Shown here piece after piece: positions 17,136 through 25,393 of a DNA stretch of 64,000 bases; positions within the stretch are counted from its first letter, which is position 1, and each line of letters starts with the position of its first letter. Source of the stretch: Christensenellaceae bacterium (lineage in GTDB: Bacteria > Bacillota > Clostridia > Christensenellales > SZUA-584); the NCBI GenBank assembly GCA_963674545.2, contig CAXXFB010000001.1, positions 6,881 to 70,880 on the forward strand, given 5' to 3'. The translations under genes were made by a program, and so were the position numbers. The notes under the pieces are model-generated. The model worked only from the letters and a program-made list of their open reading frames with translations, was not told the DNA's origin and searched no databases.

Positions 17136-18026
17136 ATGGAAATTATAAAACAGGAGCAAAGGGCGTTAAAAAAAGGGAATTTGGTTAATTTGTTTATGGC
17201 AATTGCAGGGGTTTTGATAGCTTTGTTATCAAATTCGTCAGCGCTGTTGATGGATGGACTATTTTCATTTATCCAATTTATTTCAACAGTAACAGCTACA
17301 AAAATATCTAAGGATATGGGCGAAAAGAATATAGAAAAGTACCCGATGGGACAACAGACTAAAGAGGTACTATATGTTCTTTTCAGATCATTTTTAATTT
17401 TGGTATTAACCATTAGCTTTTTAGTAAATAGCATCAAAAAAATAATAGACTTTGTAGTCTTTTCCAAGGAGATACCAATAATAAATACAAAATATCTTCT
17501 TATTTACGGTATTATTATGGTAGTCCTTTGCTTGTTTCTAGTGGTGATATATAATTGGCATAACAAAAAAATAAACAATATTTCTTCCATTTTAAAGACA
17601 GAAGCGATAGGGGCATTAATGGATAGCATTGTTAGCATAGCCGCAGTAGGTGCTTTAATTCTTGTTGAGGCAGTTCAGGCATTATCACCCATAAGACCCA
17701 TAGCAGATGCTATATTGGTTGTCGTTATTTCTGTATTCTTTTTAAAAGAGCCAATTAAAATATTCTTCAAACAGATAGTGATATTGTCAAGGAAGCGGAC
17801 TAATTATAAAGAAGAAATCGAAATCAAAGAGTTGCTGAAAAAAGAGGTGTGTCATGCTACAGTAGAAGCATTATTCATATGGTCTTTAGGGAAAACAAAG
17901 GAGGTATATATAAAGCTGAAAATAGAAGACAGTCTCACTGTAAAAGATGTAGTGGATGTAAAAAGAAATATTGAAGAGATTATTAATAATAGAGACAAAC
18001 AGAGCATTGTTATTATAAACATATAA
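17136..18026 (+). CDS. Cation diffusion facilitator (CDF) family transporter, divergent
   Basis: 296 aa with ~6 predicted TM segments followed by a cytoplasmic alpha/beta C-terminal domain. The N-terminus (ALKKGNLVNLFMAIAGVLIALLSNSSALLMDGLFS) resembles CDF TM1-TM2, but the usual His/Asp metal-site residues are not obvious. Confidence 0.55.
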   Translation: MEIIKQEQRALKKGNLVNLFMAIAGVLIALLSNSSALLMDGLFSFIQFISTVTATKISKDMGEKNIEKYPMGQQTKEVLYVLFRSFLILVLTISFLVNSIKKIIDFVVFSKEIPIINTKYLLIYGIIMVVLCLFLVVIYNWHNKKINNISSILKTEAIGALMDSIVSIAAVGALILVEAVQALSPIRPIADAILVVVISVFFLKEPIKIFFKQIVILSRKRTNYKEEIEIKELLKKEVCHATVEALFIWSLGKTKEVYIKLKIEDSLTVKDVVDVKRNIEEIINNRDKQSIVIINI

Positions 18027-18163
18027 AGGCTTTAATAATGGGTAAGGTACATATTCATGTAGTGCAACTTAAAACAGAAGAAGTAACATAAATCGGAATC
18101 GGAGCAGTTTTGTTACTGTCAAATAAAATTCCCTGCTTTTTGGCAAATAAGATTCCCTACTTT

Positions 18164-18910
18164 TTATTTAGTATTTTCCACAAAGATCTGTTTTCTGTGA
18201 GCTAAGCGGTAACTGTCGTCGGAAAATGAAAGCACCTGACATTTATGAGTCAACCTATCCAACAAAGCGGTTGCTAGAATCGAATCACCAAGAACATCAG
18301 CCCATCCGTCAAAACCCTTATTAGAAGTAATTACGACAGAAGTATTCTCGTATAAATGAGATATCAGTTGGAAGAACATATTGGCTTCTGTTTTCCCAAC
18401 CGGTAGATAACCTAGCTCGTCAATAATAAGTAAGTCTGCTTCCTTGATCCACTTAAGACGTGCTGCTGAACTTCTGGATATCTCTTGTGTTTTCAGGATA
18501 TGAACAAGCGTATCCATAGAGGAAAAGAAAACCTTGTATCCAATCTCCACAGCCTTGTTTCCGATAGCCAGAGCAAGATGTGTCTTTCCTGTTCCCGGAG
18601 GACCGATTAAGATCAGGTTGTATATTCCTTCAATCCAAGTAAGGGCGGCCAACTGATTTAACTGCCAGGTGGTAATCCCTTTCTGAAACTCTGTATCAAA
18701 CGTCTCAAAGCCCTTGTAAGTCGGCAGACAGGCTTGCTTGATCCTTCGTTTCTTTTTATTCTCCTCTCGATATAAAACCTCATCATGCAGACAGTTCGCT
18801 AGGAAAGCCTCGTTGGATATTTGCTCATTTAAAAAAGGAAATGTTCTCCTGGACATATTCGCAAGTCCAAGCTGTTTTGCATATGTACGGATGCGTTCAA
18901 CGTCTGTCAT
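18164..18910 (-). CDS. istB: IS21 helper ATPase IstB
   Basis: Walker A LILIGPPGTGKTHLALAIG and Walker B LLIIDELGY. 248 aa. Start overlaps the istA stop. Confidence 0.9.
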   Translation of the reverse strand: MTDVERIRTYAKQLGLANMSRRTFPFLNEQISNEAFLANCLHDEVLYREENKKKRRIKQACLPTYKGFETFDTEFQKGITTWQLNQLAALTWIEGIYNLILIGPPGTGKTHLALAIGNKAVEIGYKVFFSSMDTLVHILKTQEISRSSAARLKWIKEADLLIIDELGYLPVGKTEANMFFQLISHLYENTSVVITSNKGFDGWADVLGDSILATALLDRLTHKCQVLSFSDDSYRLAHRKQIFVENTK

Positions 18911-20442
18911 TACCGCTCACCGCCTTTACAGAGACTGGCGTAAACCTCTATAGGTCTCGTTTGGGCTATGACTACACTATACTTAACAGGGATAGTACCG
19001 CTACATTCAGCAGGCAAAGGTTTCAGTTGTTTAAAGTACTCCAATGTATCCCTAAAATCATTAGCCGATACGATCTGCCTATCCAGACAATACACGGCTG
19101 CACGATGGAGTTCATCTGCTGAATATATCTCTGCAAGTTTCAGCAGTATACCCAGCTGGTCTCGAACATATCTCGGTTTAGCTTCAATAATCTTCTCTAC
19201 AAAACGAGTTCCTTCCGGTGATATGTATCCAGCAAACACTTTGTCTTTAATGCTTTGCAGTTTGGAGAACCTGTCCCGTTCCGGATGTTCATTGCGTACG
19301 CATTTTCCTACACCGTCAGCTATAGTATATTCATCAATAAATACATCGTCTTTTAAATCGTAAAACCGTACCCTATTTGATGTTTCATCAGCTTCTATCC
19401 GAACTTTTTTACCCGGCTCATAGGTTCCCTTGGGCATACAGTAACGGTTCTGCCGGTACATTACAACATTGTTTTTACGAACGATAGCAGTTGACGGTAC
19501 ATAAGTTGATTCTCCCAATTCCGGCGCAGATTTCAAATGCTGCTGCTCCTGCGCAAATACAACGGCAGGGACCATCTTTGTTGTCTCGTGCACTAATCCG
19601 TTTCCGGTCCGGTCCAACCACGCCAGCCCGTCGCTGTTGAGCCTTGCTATCCCGTGATAGATTCTGCAGGTCAGAAAGTTGTTTTTTACATACTTTACAA
19701 CAGCTTCAATCTTTCCTTTACTTTCCGGGTCATTGCCACGACACAAATGGACAGAGAAACCAGCATAATTCTTGTAGTTTTCAAATGTTTCTGTATATAT
19801 AATATCTCCGCTGTTTTCGCTGACAACCATTACTCTATCTTGATCATATACGATTTCTGTTGGCCTGCCTCCATAAAAGCGGAATGCTCTGTCATGTGCC
19901 TGTATAAATGTTTGTGCTGTAAAGGGTTCTAATTGAAAGCATACATATTTATATCGTGAGCAGCTTAATACCATTGCGAATATATATATCCTAACGGATT
20001 TCCCGTAGCTGTCTTTCATTACCTTTTGTCCCAAATCCACCTGAGCCTGATAGCCAAAAGGTAATTCAGGATTCTCAGCATACTGTCGTATTTTTACGGG
20101 TGCCGGTATACCTTCTTTCTCTCTAACGTTACTCACAAACAACCGAACTGTACGGTATGACGGCTTAAAGTCCGCAAAGTCTTCCCTAAGATTATCGTAA
20201 AGTATAGCTCCTGAGATTTCGGGATATGTTTTTAGTTTATCCAACACATACCCGTAATACGGATCCATGATTTTTGTTCGTTCTTTGGCTTCAAGCATGT
20301 ATGACAGATATTCGCCCTCTGTCATGTCCCAATACTTCCTTACTGTTTTTGCATCAAGCCTAAGTTCCCGTGCTGCTCTTTGTTTTTTGTACCCCATTGT
20401 TTTTAGTTTCTGTATTTCTGCATACATCGTTATCCCTACCAT
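18910..20442 (-). CDS. istA: IS21 transposase IstA (HTH + DDE/rve)
   Basis: 510 aa. N-terminal HTH (KKQRAARELRLDAKTVRKYW). Central integrase-core-like region (QVDLG...IFAMVLSCSRY...YDQDRV...). Paired with istB. Confidence 0.88.
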   Translation of the reverse strand: MVGITMYAEIQKLKTMGYKKQRAARELRLDAKTVRKYWDMTEGEYLSYMLEAKERTKIMDPYYGYVLDKLKTYPEISGAILYDNLREDFADFKPSYRTVRLFVSNVREKEGIPAPVKIRQYAENPELPFGYQAQVDLGQKVMKDSYGKSVRIYIFAMVLSCSRYKYVCFQLEPFTAQTFIQAHDRAFRFYGGRPTEIVYDQDRVMVVSENSGDIIYTETFENYKNYAGFSVHLCRGNDPESKGKIEAVVKYVKNNFLTCRIYHGIARLNSDGLAWLDRTGNGLVHETTKMVPAVVFAQEQQHLKSAPELGESTYVPSTAIVRKNNVVMYRQNRYCMPKGTYEPGKKVRIEADETSNRVRFYDLKDDVFIDEYTIADGVGKCVRNEHPERDRFSKLQSIKDKVFAGYISPEGTRFVEKIIEAKPRYVRDQLGILLKLAEIYSADELHRAAVYCLDRQIVSANDFRDTLEYFKQLKPLPAECSGTIPVKYSVVIAQTRPIEVYASLCKGGER

Positions 20443-20549
20443 TTCTGCCTGCCTCCATTTATACTCTCATTCGAGTATAAATGGACAAGCTCTTTTATTC
20501 ATTAAGTAGGGAAAATTGTTTGCCAAAAACCGTCCAATATAGTTTACCA

Positions 20550-20726
20550 GTTACACTAGGCGAATACTTTTACAATGATACAGATACTTTGATAGCAATA
20601 GTAGGAAAGAGCTTTTATGATCAGTATGGAAATATTAAAAACTTATCATTATCCAATAATAACGGAACCCTATCAGAATTTGAAGAAAAGATTATTGATA
20701 TTTATAGGGTAAGGGATAATGGCTGA
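20550..20726 (+). pseudogene. 3' remnant (~58 codons) of a gene formerly coupled to mcrC, possibly mcrB-like; now fused in frame to an ATG inside the IS21 end
   Basis: The ORF-track entry 20481-20726 starts inside IS21 (which ends at 20549). The native part VTLGEYFYNDTDTLIAIVGKSFYDQYGNIKNL...RVRDNG* has no start codon of its own. In the reconstructed pre-insertion sequence the frame is closed by TAA 18070-18072. Its stop overlaps the mcrC start (ATGGCTGA). Confidence 0.35.
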
Positions 20727-21978
20727 TACGAAGATTATAAAAATATTTGAAGATAGGCAACAGAAGGTTCTATTAACCGAACAGCAAAAAAGTGACATAG
20801 CCGCTATGAAGCCATTGATAGGGGAAAACAACTTAATACTTCAAACTGATGGAAAGTTGTTAATCAAGCATTATGTCGGATTCATTCAATTAAATAAAAC
20901 GAGACTATTAATTTACCCAAAAATATCAAGCAAAACACCCGACGAAAGCCTAACCATAAAATCTTTTGAAATTCTTATGAAGTTACTTGCTTTTTCGGGT
21001 TTTAATAGTGTGAAAAGAACACCAGACCCACAAATGTTCGACCAATACAATGGAGACCTCCTTGAAATTTATATCAGTTTTTTTATTGACGAATTATTAT
21101 TACAGTTTAAGAGAGATATTAATCGAGGCTACAATAATATATTAGAAAACCAGTCGTTTATCAAGGGAAAAGTTGATTTTTTGGAGACAGTTAAAAAGAA
21201 TAGTTTTCGAAAACATCTCCATTATGTACGATACGATCAGTTTAGTGAAGATATATTACTAAACAGAGTTTTCAAATCTGTGATTAAAAACTTGATTAAG
21301 AGAACAAATTGTAAGAACAACAAACTAAAGCTTAAGCAGTCATTACTTTGGCTTGAAGATGTAGATTATATACAATTAAATAAAGAAATATTGAGTAGCA
21401 TGAAATTTTCTCGTCATAACATTAAATATAAGCCTGCATTTAATATGGCTAAACTTTTTTATCAAAGCTCAAGTCCAAATTTAAATGTTGGTGATGAATT
21501 AACTTTTAGCTTCTTAATCCCGGTAAATAATCTATTTGAAATGTATTTATATAAAGTTTTTTGTATGAATCATTCCAATAGTTATCAAGTAAGATATCAA
21601 AGTCCAGTTAGCTATTTGTCATACTCAGACGAGAAGAAGTATTTGCAATTAAAACCAGACATCACAATTCTCAATCAGAATAGTGTAGTTTTTATTATTG
21701 ATGCAAAGTATAAGGAATTGTTTTTTGATGATTTGAACCTTAAGATAGCACAATCTGATATTTATCAAATGCTAGCTTACAGTGTTCGGTATAAGTGTAA
21801 TGAGATAGTGCTTGCATATCCAAGATTTCTAGATGATATGCAGCATGATTTGTTGATTCATGAGCTAAAAATAGACAATTACGATCATACAGTAACAATA
21901 AAGCTTGTTAAAATTGATTTAAATTTAGAACCTGAGTTATTGGCAAGTGATTTGGAAAGCTTGTATAAACTAAACTGA
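20719..21978 (+). CDS. mcrC: McrC-family endonuclease subunit (McrBC-type restriction), no McrB partner
   Basis: N-terminal HYVGFIQLNKTRLLIYPKI and C-terminal PD-(D/E)xK region LKPDITILNQNSVVFIIDAKYKEL...SDIYQMLAYS match the McrC pattern (D...DAKYK...D.YQM.AY). Confidence 0.75.
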   Translation: MADTKIIKIFEDRQQKVLLTEQQKSDIAAMKPLIGENNLILQTDGKLLIKHYVGFIQLNKTRLLIYPKISSKTPDESLTIKSFEILMKLLAFSGFNSVKRTPDPQMFDQYNGDLLEIYISFFIDELLLQFKRDINRGYNNILENQSFIKGKVDFLETVKKNSFRKHLHYVRYDQFSEDILLNRVFKSVIKNLIKRTNCKNNKLKLKQSLLWLEDVDYIQLNKEILSSMKFSRHNIKYKPAFNMAKLFYQSSSPNLNVGDELTFSFLIPVNNLFEMYLYKVFCMNHSNSYQVRYQSPVSYLSYSDEKKYLQLKPDITILNQNSVVFIIDAKYKELFFDDLNLKIAQSDIYQMLAYSVRYKCNEIVLAYPRFLDDMQHDLLIHELKIDNYDHTVTIKLVKIDLNLEPELLASDLESLYKLN

Positions 21979-22104
21979 GTACTAATTAATCGGGAAATTA
22001 TTGCTAACTATATCGGAAAACTAAAAATTACATGATATCGCCCATTTAAAAATGCGAGTAAAAGAATTGATTTTCTATCGCTGTTATAACAAAAGGGGGT
22101 TAAG

Positions 22105-22296
22105 ATGCGTAAAAATGCAAAAGAGCCCAGCAGAATTTATACAAGATTCTATAACGAGACAAAAGTAATAAATGATTGGACGGATGAAGATGAGTTGACG
22201 GAAGCAATGATAAAGCTGTTTAGTAAAGAAGCGGTTAAATCTATTCAAAAAAAAGTAGCTAGTGCTATTGATGAGTTCGATTGGGTGGAGGCTTAA
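22105..22296 (+). CDS. Hypothetical small protein, apparently in an operon with the downstream ARH gene
   Basis: 63-aa ORF with AAGGGGG RBS. Its stop lies 4 nt before the ARH start. Confidence 0.5.
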   Translation: MRKNAKEPSRIYTRFYNETKVINDWTDEDELTEAMIKLFSKEAVKSIQKKVASAIDEFDWVEA

Positions 22297-22300
22297 GCAA

Positions 22301-23605
22301 ATGCAAAGCGTTAAAAATAAGGTTTCAATAGGTTTGCTTGGTTTAGCAATTGCAGACGCTTTGGGAGTGCCGGTTGAGTTTGTTGATAGGAAGACACTAT
22401 GTAAAAATCCTGTCAATGATATGCGTGCATATGGAACCTATAATCAACCCGCTGGAACATGGTCCGATGATACAAGTATGACGCTATGTCTTGCCGAGAG
22501 CTTAATATATGATCTGGATTATTCGGATATTATGCAGAGATTCCAATCATGGATTAGTCAAGGTAAGTACACACCATTTGGCGTTGTGTTTGATGTCGGC
22601 AAAGGCACAAGAAACGCTATAAATAAATTTATTAATGGCAATCACCCTTTAGAGTGCGGGGGTAAAGATGAGCGTGACAATGGGAATGGTTCATTGATGC
22701 GTATATTGCCTTTGGCTTTTTACTTGCATTCTAAGTATGGAGAAGATATCACTGAAAGCGATGAGGCCATGGGCATTATTCATAAGGTTTCATCATTAAC
22801 TCATGCTCATAAGAGAAGCCTTATTGCTTGCGGCATATACTTATCAATTGCAACTATGCTCATGGGTACAATTTCAATTGATTATGCAATCGAAATCGGG
22901 ACATATCGAGCCATGGAATACTATCTTAAGAGAGACGAGTTTAGACAGGATTTGGATTACTATAAACGCTTATTTAATAAGGGATTCAAAGAGACATCTG
23001 TTGATCAGATTAGAAGCAGTGGTTATGTTGTTGATACACTTGAAGCAGCGTTATGGTGTTTATTGAATTCGAATAATTATAAGGATTGCGTTCTAAAAGC
23101 AGTAAATTTAGGCGAAGATACTGACACTGTAGGTGCAGTAGCAGGTGGACTAGCAGGTTTACATTATGGCTACGATAGCATTCCTGACGAGTGGCTTTCG
23201 GTACTTGCTAAGAAAGATGAAATTGAATCAATTACCAACAGACTGTATATTTCTCTTAATAGCGATAGTATTCGCAGTTTATGCGCATATATCCCGTATT
23301 TTGAATCGGCAACCCGAGAAAGCGCATACCAATATCCTTCATATGATGAGCCTGTACTAAAGTTCATAGACGAAGTTTACAAGTCTAATTTATTAAGCTA
23401 TCACTATTTAGATGTTATAAAGAACAACGGTCTTAATACTGAAGGAAAAATAAAAGCTGCAATAAAAACAGCAGATCTTGAGTTGCTTAAAGCTATTTTA
23501 ACTGGTTACGTTCGACAGGAGCGTTTCTGTGAAGGGTTGTTTGCTTCAGCAATTGAGGATAAAACGATTCTTAAAATACTAAGAAGATTTAAAAAGTTCT
23601 TATAA
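22301..23605 (+). CDS. ADP-ribosylglycohydrolase (ARH/DraG family) fused to a ~130-aa C-terminal domain of unknown function
   Basis: GLAIADALGVPVEF, GTWSDDTSMTL, GNGSLMRILP and GEDTDTVGAVAGGLAGLHYG are the ARH di-metal-site motifs. The C-terminal part (YIPYFES...GYVRQERFCEGLFASAIEDKTILKIL) has no function I recognise. Start placed at ATG 22301 (GGTGGAGG RBS). Confidence 0.8.
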   Translation: MQSVKNKVSIGLLGLAIADALGVPVEFVDRKTLCKNPVNDMRAYGTYNQPAGTWSDDTSMTLCLAESLIYDLDYSDIMQRFQSWISQGKYTPFGVVFDVGKGTRNAINKFINGNHPLECGGKDERDNGNGSLMRILPLAFYLHSKYGEDITESDEAMGIIHKVSSLTHAHKRSLIACGIYLSIATMLMGTISIDYAIEIGTYRAMEYYLKRDEFRQDLDYYKRLFNKGFKETSVDQIRSSGYVVDTLEAALWCLLNSNNYKDCVLKAVNLGEDTDTVGAVAGGLAGLHYGYDSIPDEWLSVLAKKDEIESITNRLYISLNSDSIRSLCAYIPYFESATRESAYQYPSYDEPVLKFIDEVYKSNLLSYHYLDVIKNNGLNTEGKIKAAIKTADLELLKAILTGYVRQERFCEGLFASAIEDKTILKILRRFKKFL

Positions 23606-23623
23606 TTGTATTTGGAATAGCCA

Positions 23624-23721
23624 GATGATATGATAAAAGCACGTCCGAATCGACGTGCTTAAAACTTTATCGAACAGGAAGCTAATTATTCTGTCCTATC
23701 CGAAATTATGGCGGAGAGAGA
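23624..23721. repeat. tRNA-proximal direct repeat (att-like), overlapping the 3' end of tRNA-Ser and its terminator
   Basis: Partner of 12691-12787. Contains the terminator hairpin AAGCACGTC-CGAAT-CGACGTGCTT (read on the minus strand it is followed by a T-run) and the last 13 nt of the tRNA gene. Confidence 0.85.
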
Positions 23722-23800
23722 GGGATTCGAACCCTCGTTACGGTAACCCGTAAACACGAGTTCCAGTCGTGCGCCTTCAGCCGGACTCAGCCATCTCTCC
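23709..23800 (-). tRNA. tRNA-Ser (anticodon GGA), CCA encoded
   Basis: The reverse complement is GGAGAGATGGCTGAGTCCGGCTGAAGGCGCACGACTGGAACTCGTGTTTACGGGTTACCGTAACGAGGGTTCGAATCCCTCTCTCTCCGCCA. Acceptor stem GGAGAGA/TCTCTCC. Anticodon stem CACGA/TCGTG with loop CUGGAAC. Long variable arm (TACGG/CCGTA). T-arm GAGGG-TTCGAAT-CCCTC. Confidence 0.95.
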
Positions 23801-23871
23801 ACATAAAACGCAAGCACTATTCTAGCACAAAGAAACCAAAATAACAACAGCTAAATTAAAGTTTGGAATAA

Positions 23872-24621
23872 GTCATGACCACCCGTAAAACGGGTGGTTT
23901 GCACTAGCCCTATAAGGGCATGTTACCGGCCAGCGCCTAAAGACGCTGGCTTTCACTTTGTTCAAGCCTCCACTGCCGTTGCCTCTTTTGCCACTCCTAA
24001 AGGAGTATTTGTACTACCAGCTACCCCTTAAAAGGGTTCTCATACTCTTTTACACTCAGCTTATCTAAAGCTATGTCGTGTTTCTCCTGCTCTTGGATAT
24101 ATTTTGTTATTGTTGCTTCATTTAACCCTACTGTACTAACATAATATCCTTCTGCCCAAAAATGCCTGTTGCCAAATTTATACTTTAAGTTTGCATGCTT
24201 ATCAAACATCATCAGTGCACTCTTTCCCTTCAGATATCCCATAAAACTTGATACGCTTATTTTGGGCGGAATACTCACCAGCATATGTATATGATCCAGC
24301 ATTAGATGTCCTTCCAATATCTCTACACCTTTGTATCTGCATAGTTGCCTCAATATCTCTCGCATACTGCTTTTATATTGATTATATATTGCTTTGCGCC
24401 TATACTTAGGTGTAAATACTATGTGATATTTACACATCCATTTTGTATGTGCTAAACTATGTGTTTTGTTTGCCATTAAGTCACCTTTCCTTTCTTGTTA
24501 TAGAGACTTGAACATCCCTATACTACTGGTTTGGTGACTTTTTGTATAACTTTTATCGCTCACCCGCATAGCGGGTGGTTTATATTTCGCACGCTTTGCG
24601 TGCTCAACTGGCTAAAGCCAT
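23872..24621 (-). mobile_element. IS200/IS605-family element, copy A (tnpA only)
   Basis: Right end carries the hairpin ACCACCCG-TTTTA-CGGGTGGT followed by CATGAC (23872-23900, minus sense). Left end has the hairpins CTCACCCGC-ATA-GCGGGTGG and GCACGC-TTT-GCGTGC (~24560-24605). Boundaries were set by comparison with copy B and the 9195-9227 relic. Confidence 0.8.
24021..24476 (-). CDS. tnpA: IS200/IS605 Y1 (HUH) transposase TnpA
   Basis: 151 aa. KYHIVFTPKYRR, HUH motif DHIHMLVSIPP, catalytic-Tyr region TKYIQEQE. Confidence 0.92.
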   Translation of the reverse strand: MANKTHSLAHTKWMCKYHIVFTPKYRRKAIYNQYKSSMREILRQLCRYKGVEILEGHLMLDHIHMLVSIPPKISVSSFMGYLKGKSALMMFDKHANLKYKFGNRHFWAEGYYVSTVGLNEATITKYIQEQEKHDIALDKLSVKEYENPFKG

Positions 24622-25358
24622 AATCAAAACCACCAGTTAAACTGGTGGTATGCACAAGCCCTATAAGGGCATATTACTGACACAGCGTCTTAAGACGCAT
24701 TAAATTGTTCGCCAATCGCATTACTTTTTCAGGCCGCCGCTCAAGCGGCCTTTTCTATGCCTTTATATTCTTGGCACCCGTAAACGGGTCAATATATTCC
24801 TTGAATGATATCTGCTCTGCTACAATATCTTCTTGCAGTTGATTCTTTATGTACTCCTCTATCACTCTTGCATTGCGCCCTACCGTATCTACGTAATATC
24901 CCCTACACCAAAAATGTCGGTTCCCGTATTTATATTTTAGGTTCGCATGCCTATCAAATATCATCAGTGAACTTTTCCCTTTTAGATATCCAACAAATTG
25001 TGATACACTCAGACTTGGAGGAATACTTACCAGCATGTGTATATGGTCTGGACATGCTTCTGCCTCTATTGTCTCTACTCCTTTTTGTTCACACAGCTTA
25101 CGAAGAACTTTTCCTACATCTGCTTTTATCTTCCCGTATATTGCTTGTCTTCTATATTTCGGAGCAAATACTATATGGTATTTACATCTCCATTTGCTAT
25201 GTGATAAGCTTTTTATGTCATTCATGACACTTGGCCTCCTTTGCTTTTTTGATGCGGTTGGCGAACCTTCATCATCTTAGCATTGGAGGTCTTTATACTG
25301 CTATAAGCTTTTTTATTCCCCCAGTTGAACTGGGGGTATATTGTGCTGAAGCGCAATA
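24622..25358 (-). mobile_element. IS200/IS605-family element, copy B, directly abutting copy A
   Basis: The right end AACCACCAG-TTAAA-CTGGTGGT...GCCCTATAAGGGCAT parallels copy A (ACCACCCG-TAAAA-CGGGTGGT...GCCCTATAAGGGCAT). Left-end hairpin is CCCCCAGTT-GA-ACTGGGGG (~25319-25338). Boundaries are approximate. Confidence 0.75.
24755..25225 (-). CDS. tnpA: IS200/IS605 Y1 (HUH) transposase TnpA
   Basis: 156 aa. KYHIVFAPKYRR, HUH motif DHIHMLVSIPP, EEYIKNQ Tyr region. Clearly homologous to copy A but well diverged. Confidence 0.92.
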   Translation of the reverse strand: MNDIKSLSHSKWRCKYHIVFAPKYRRQAIYGKIKADVGKVLRKLCEQKGVETIEAEACPDHIHMLVSIPPSLSVSQFVGYLKGKSSLMIFDRHANLKYKYGNRHFWCRGYYVDTVGRNARVIEEYIKNQLQEDIVAEQISFKEYIDPFTGAKNIKA

Positions 25359-25384
25359 AAAAAGCCGCCTAATAACAGGCGGCT
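25357..25384 (-). terminator. Rho-independent terminator of the lipoprotein gene
   Basis: AGCCGCC-TAATAACA-GGCGGCT, followed on the minus strand by a T6 run (A6 at 25357-25362). Confidence 0.7.
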
Positions 25385-25393
25385 AGTTTTGGT

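Larger units (their letters stand above)
18117..20549 (-). mobile_element. IS21-family insertion sequence (istA-istB), 2433 bp, flanked by 5-bp target-site duplication GTTAC
   Basis: Ends are 5'-TGTC...ACCA-3' (TG/CA termini). Subterminal repeats match between ends: TTTTTGGCAAATAAGATTCCCTAC (18137-18160) versus the reverse complement of GTAGGGAAAATTGTTTGCCAAAAA (20507-20530). GTTAC occurs at 18112-18116 and 20550-20554. Confidence 0.85.

Noticed and set aside
12788-23623. Search for the island integrase/recombinase
   Set aside because: None of the ORFs shows tyrosine-recombinase (R..HxxR..Y) or serine-recombinase motifs. IstA is a DDE transposase belonging to the IS21 insertion, not an island integrase.
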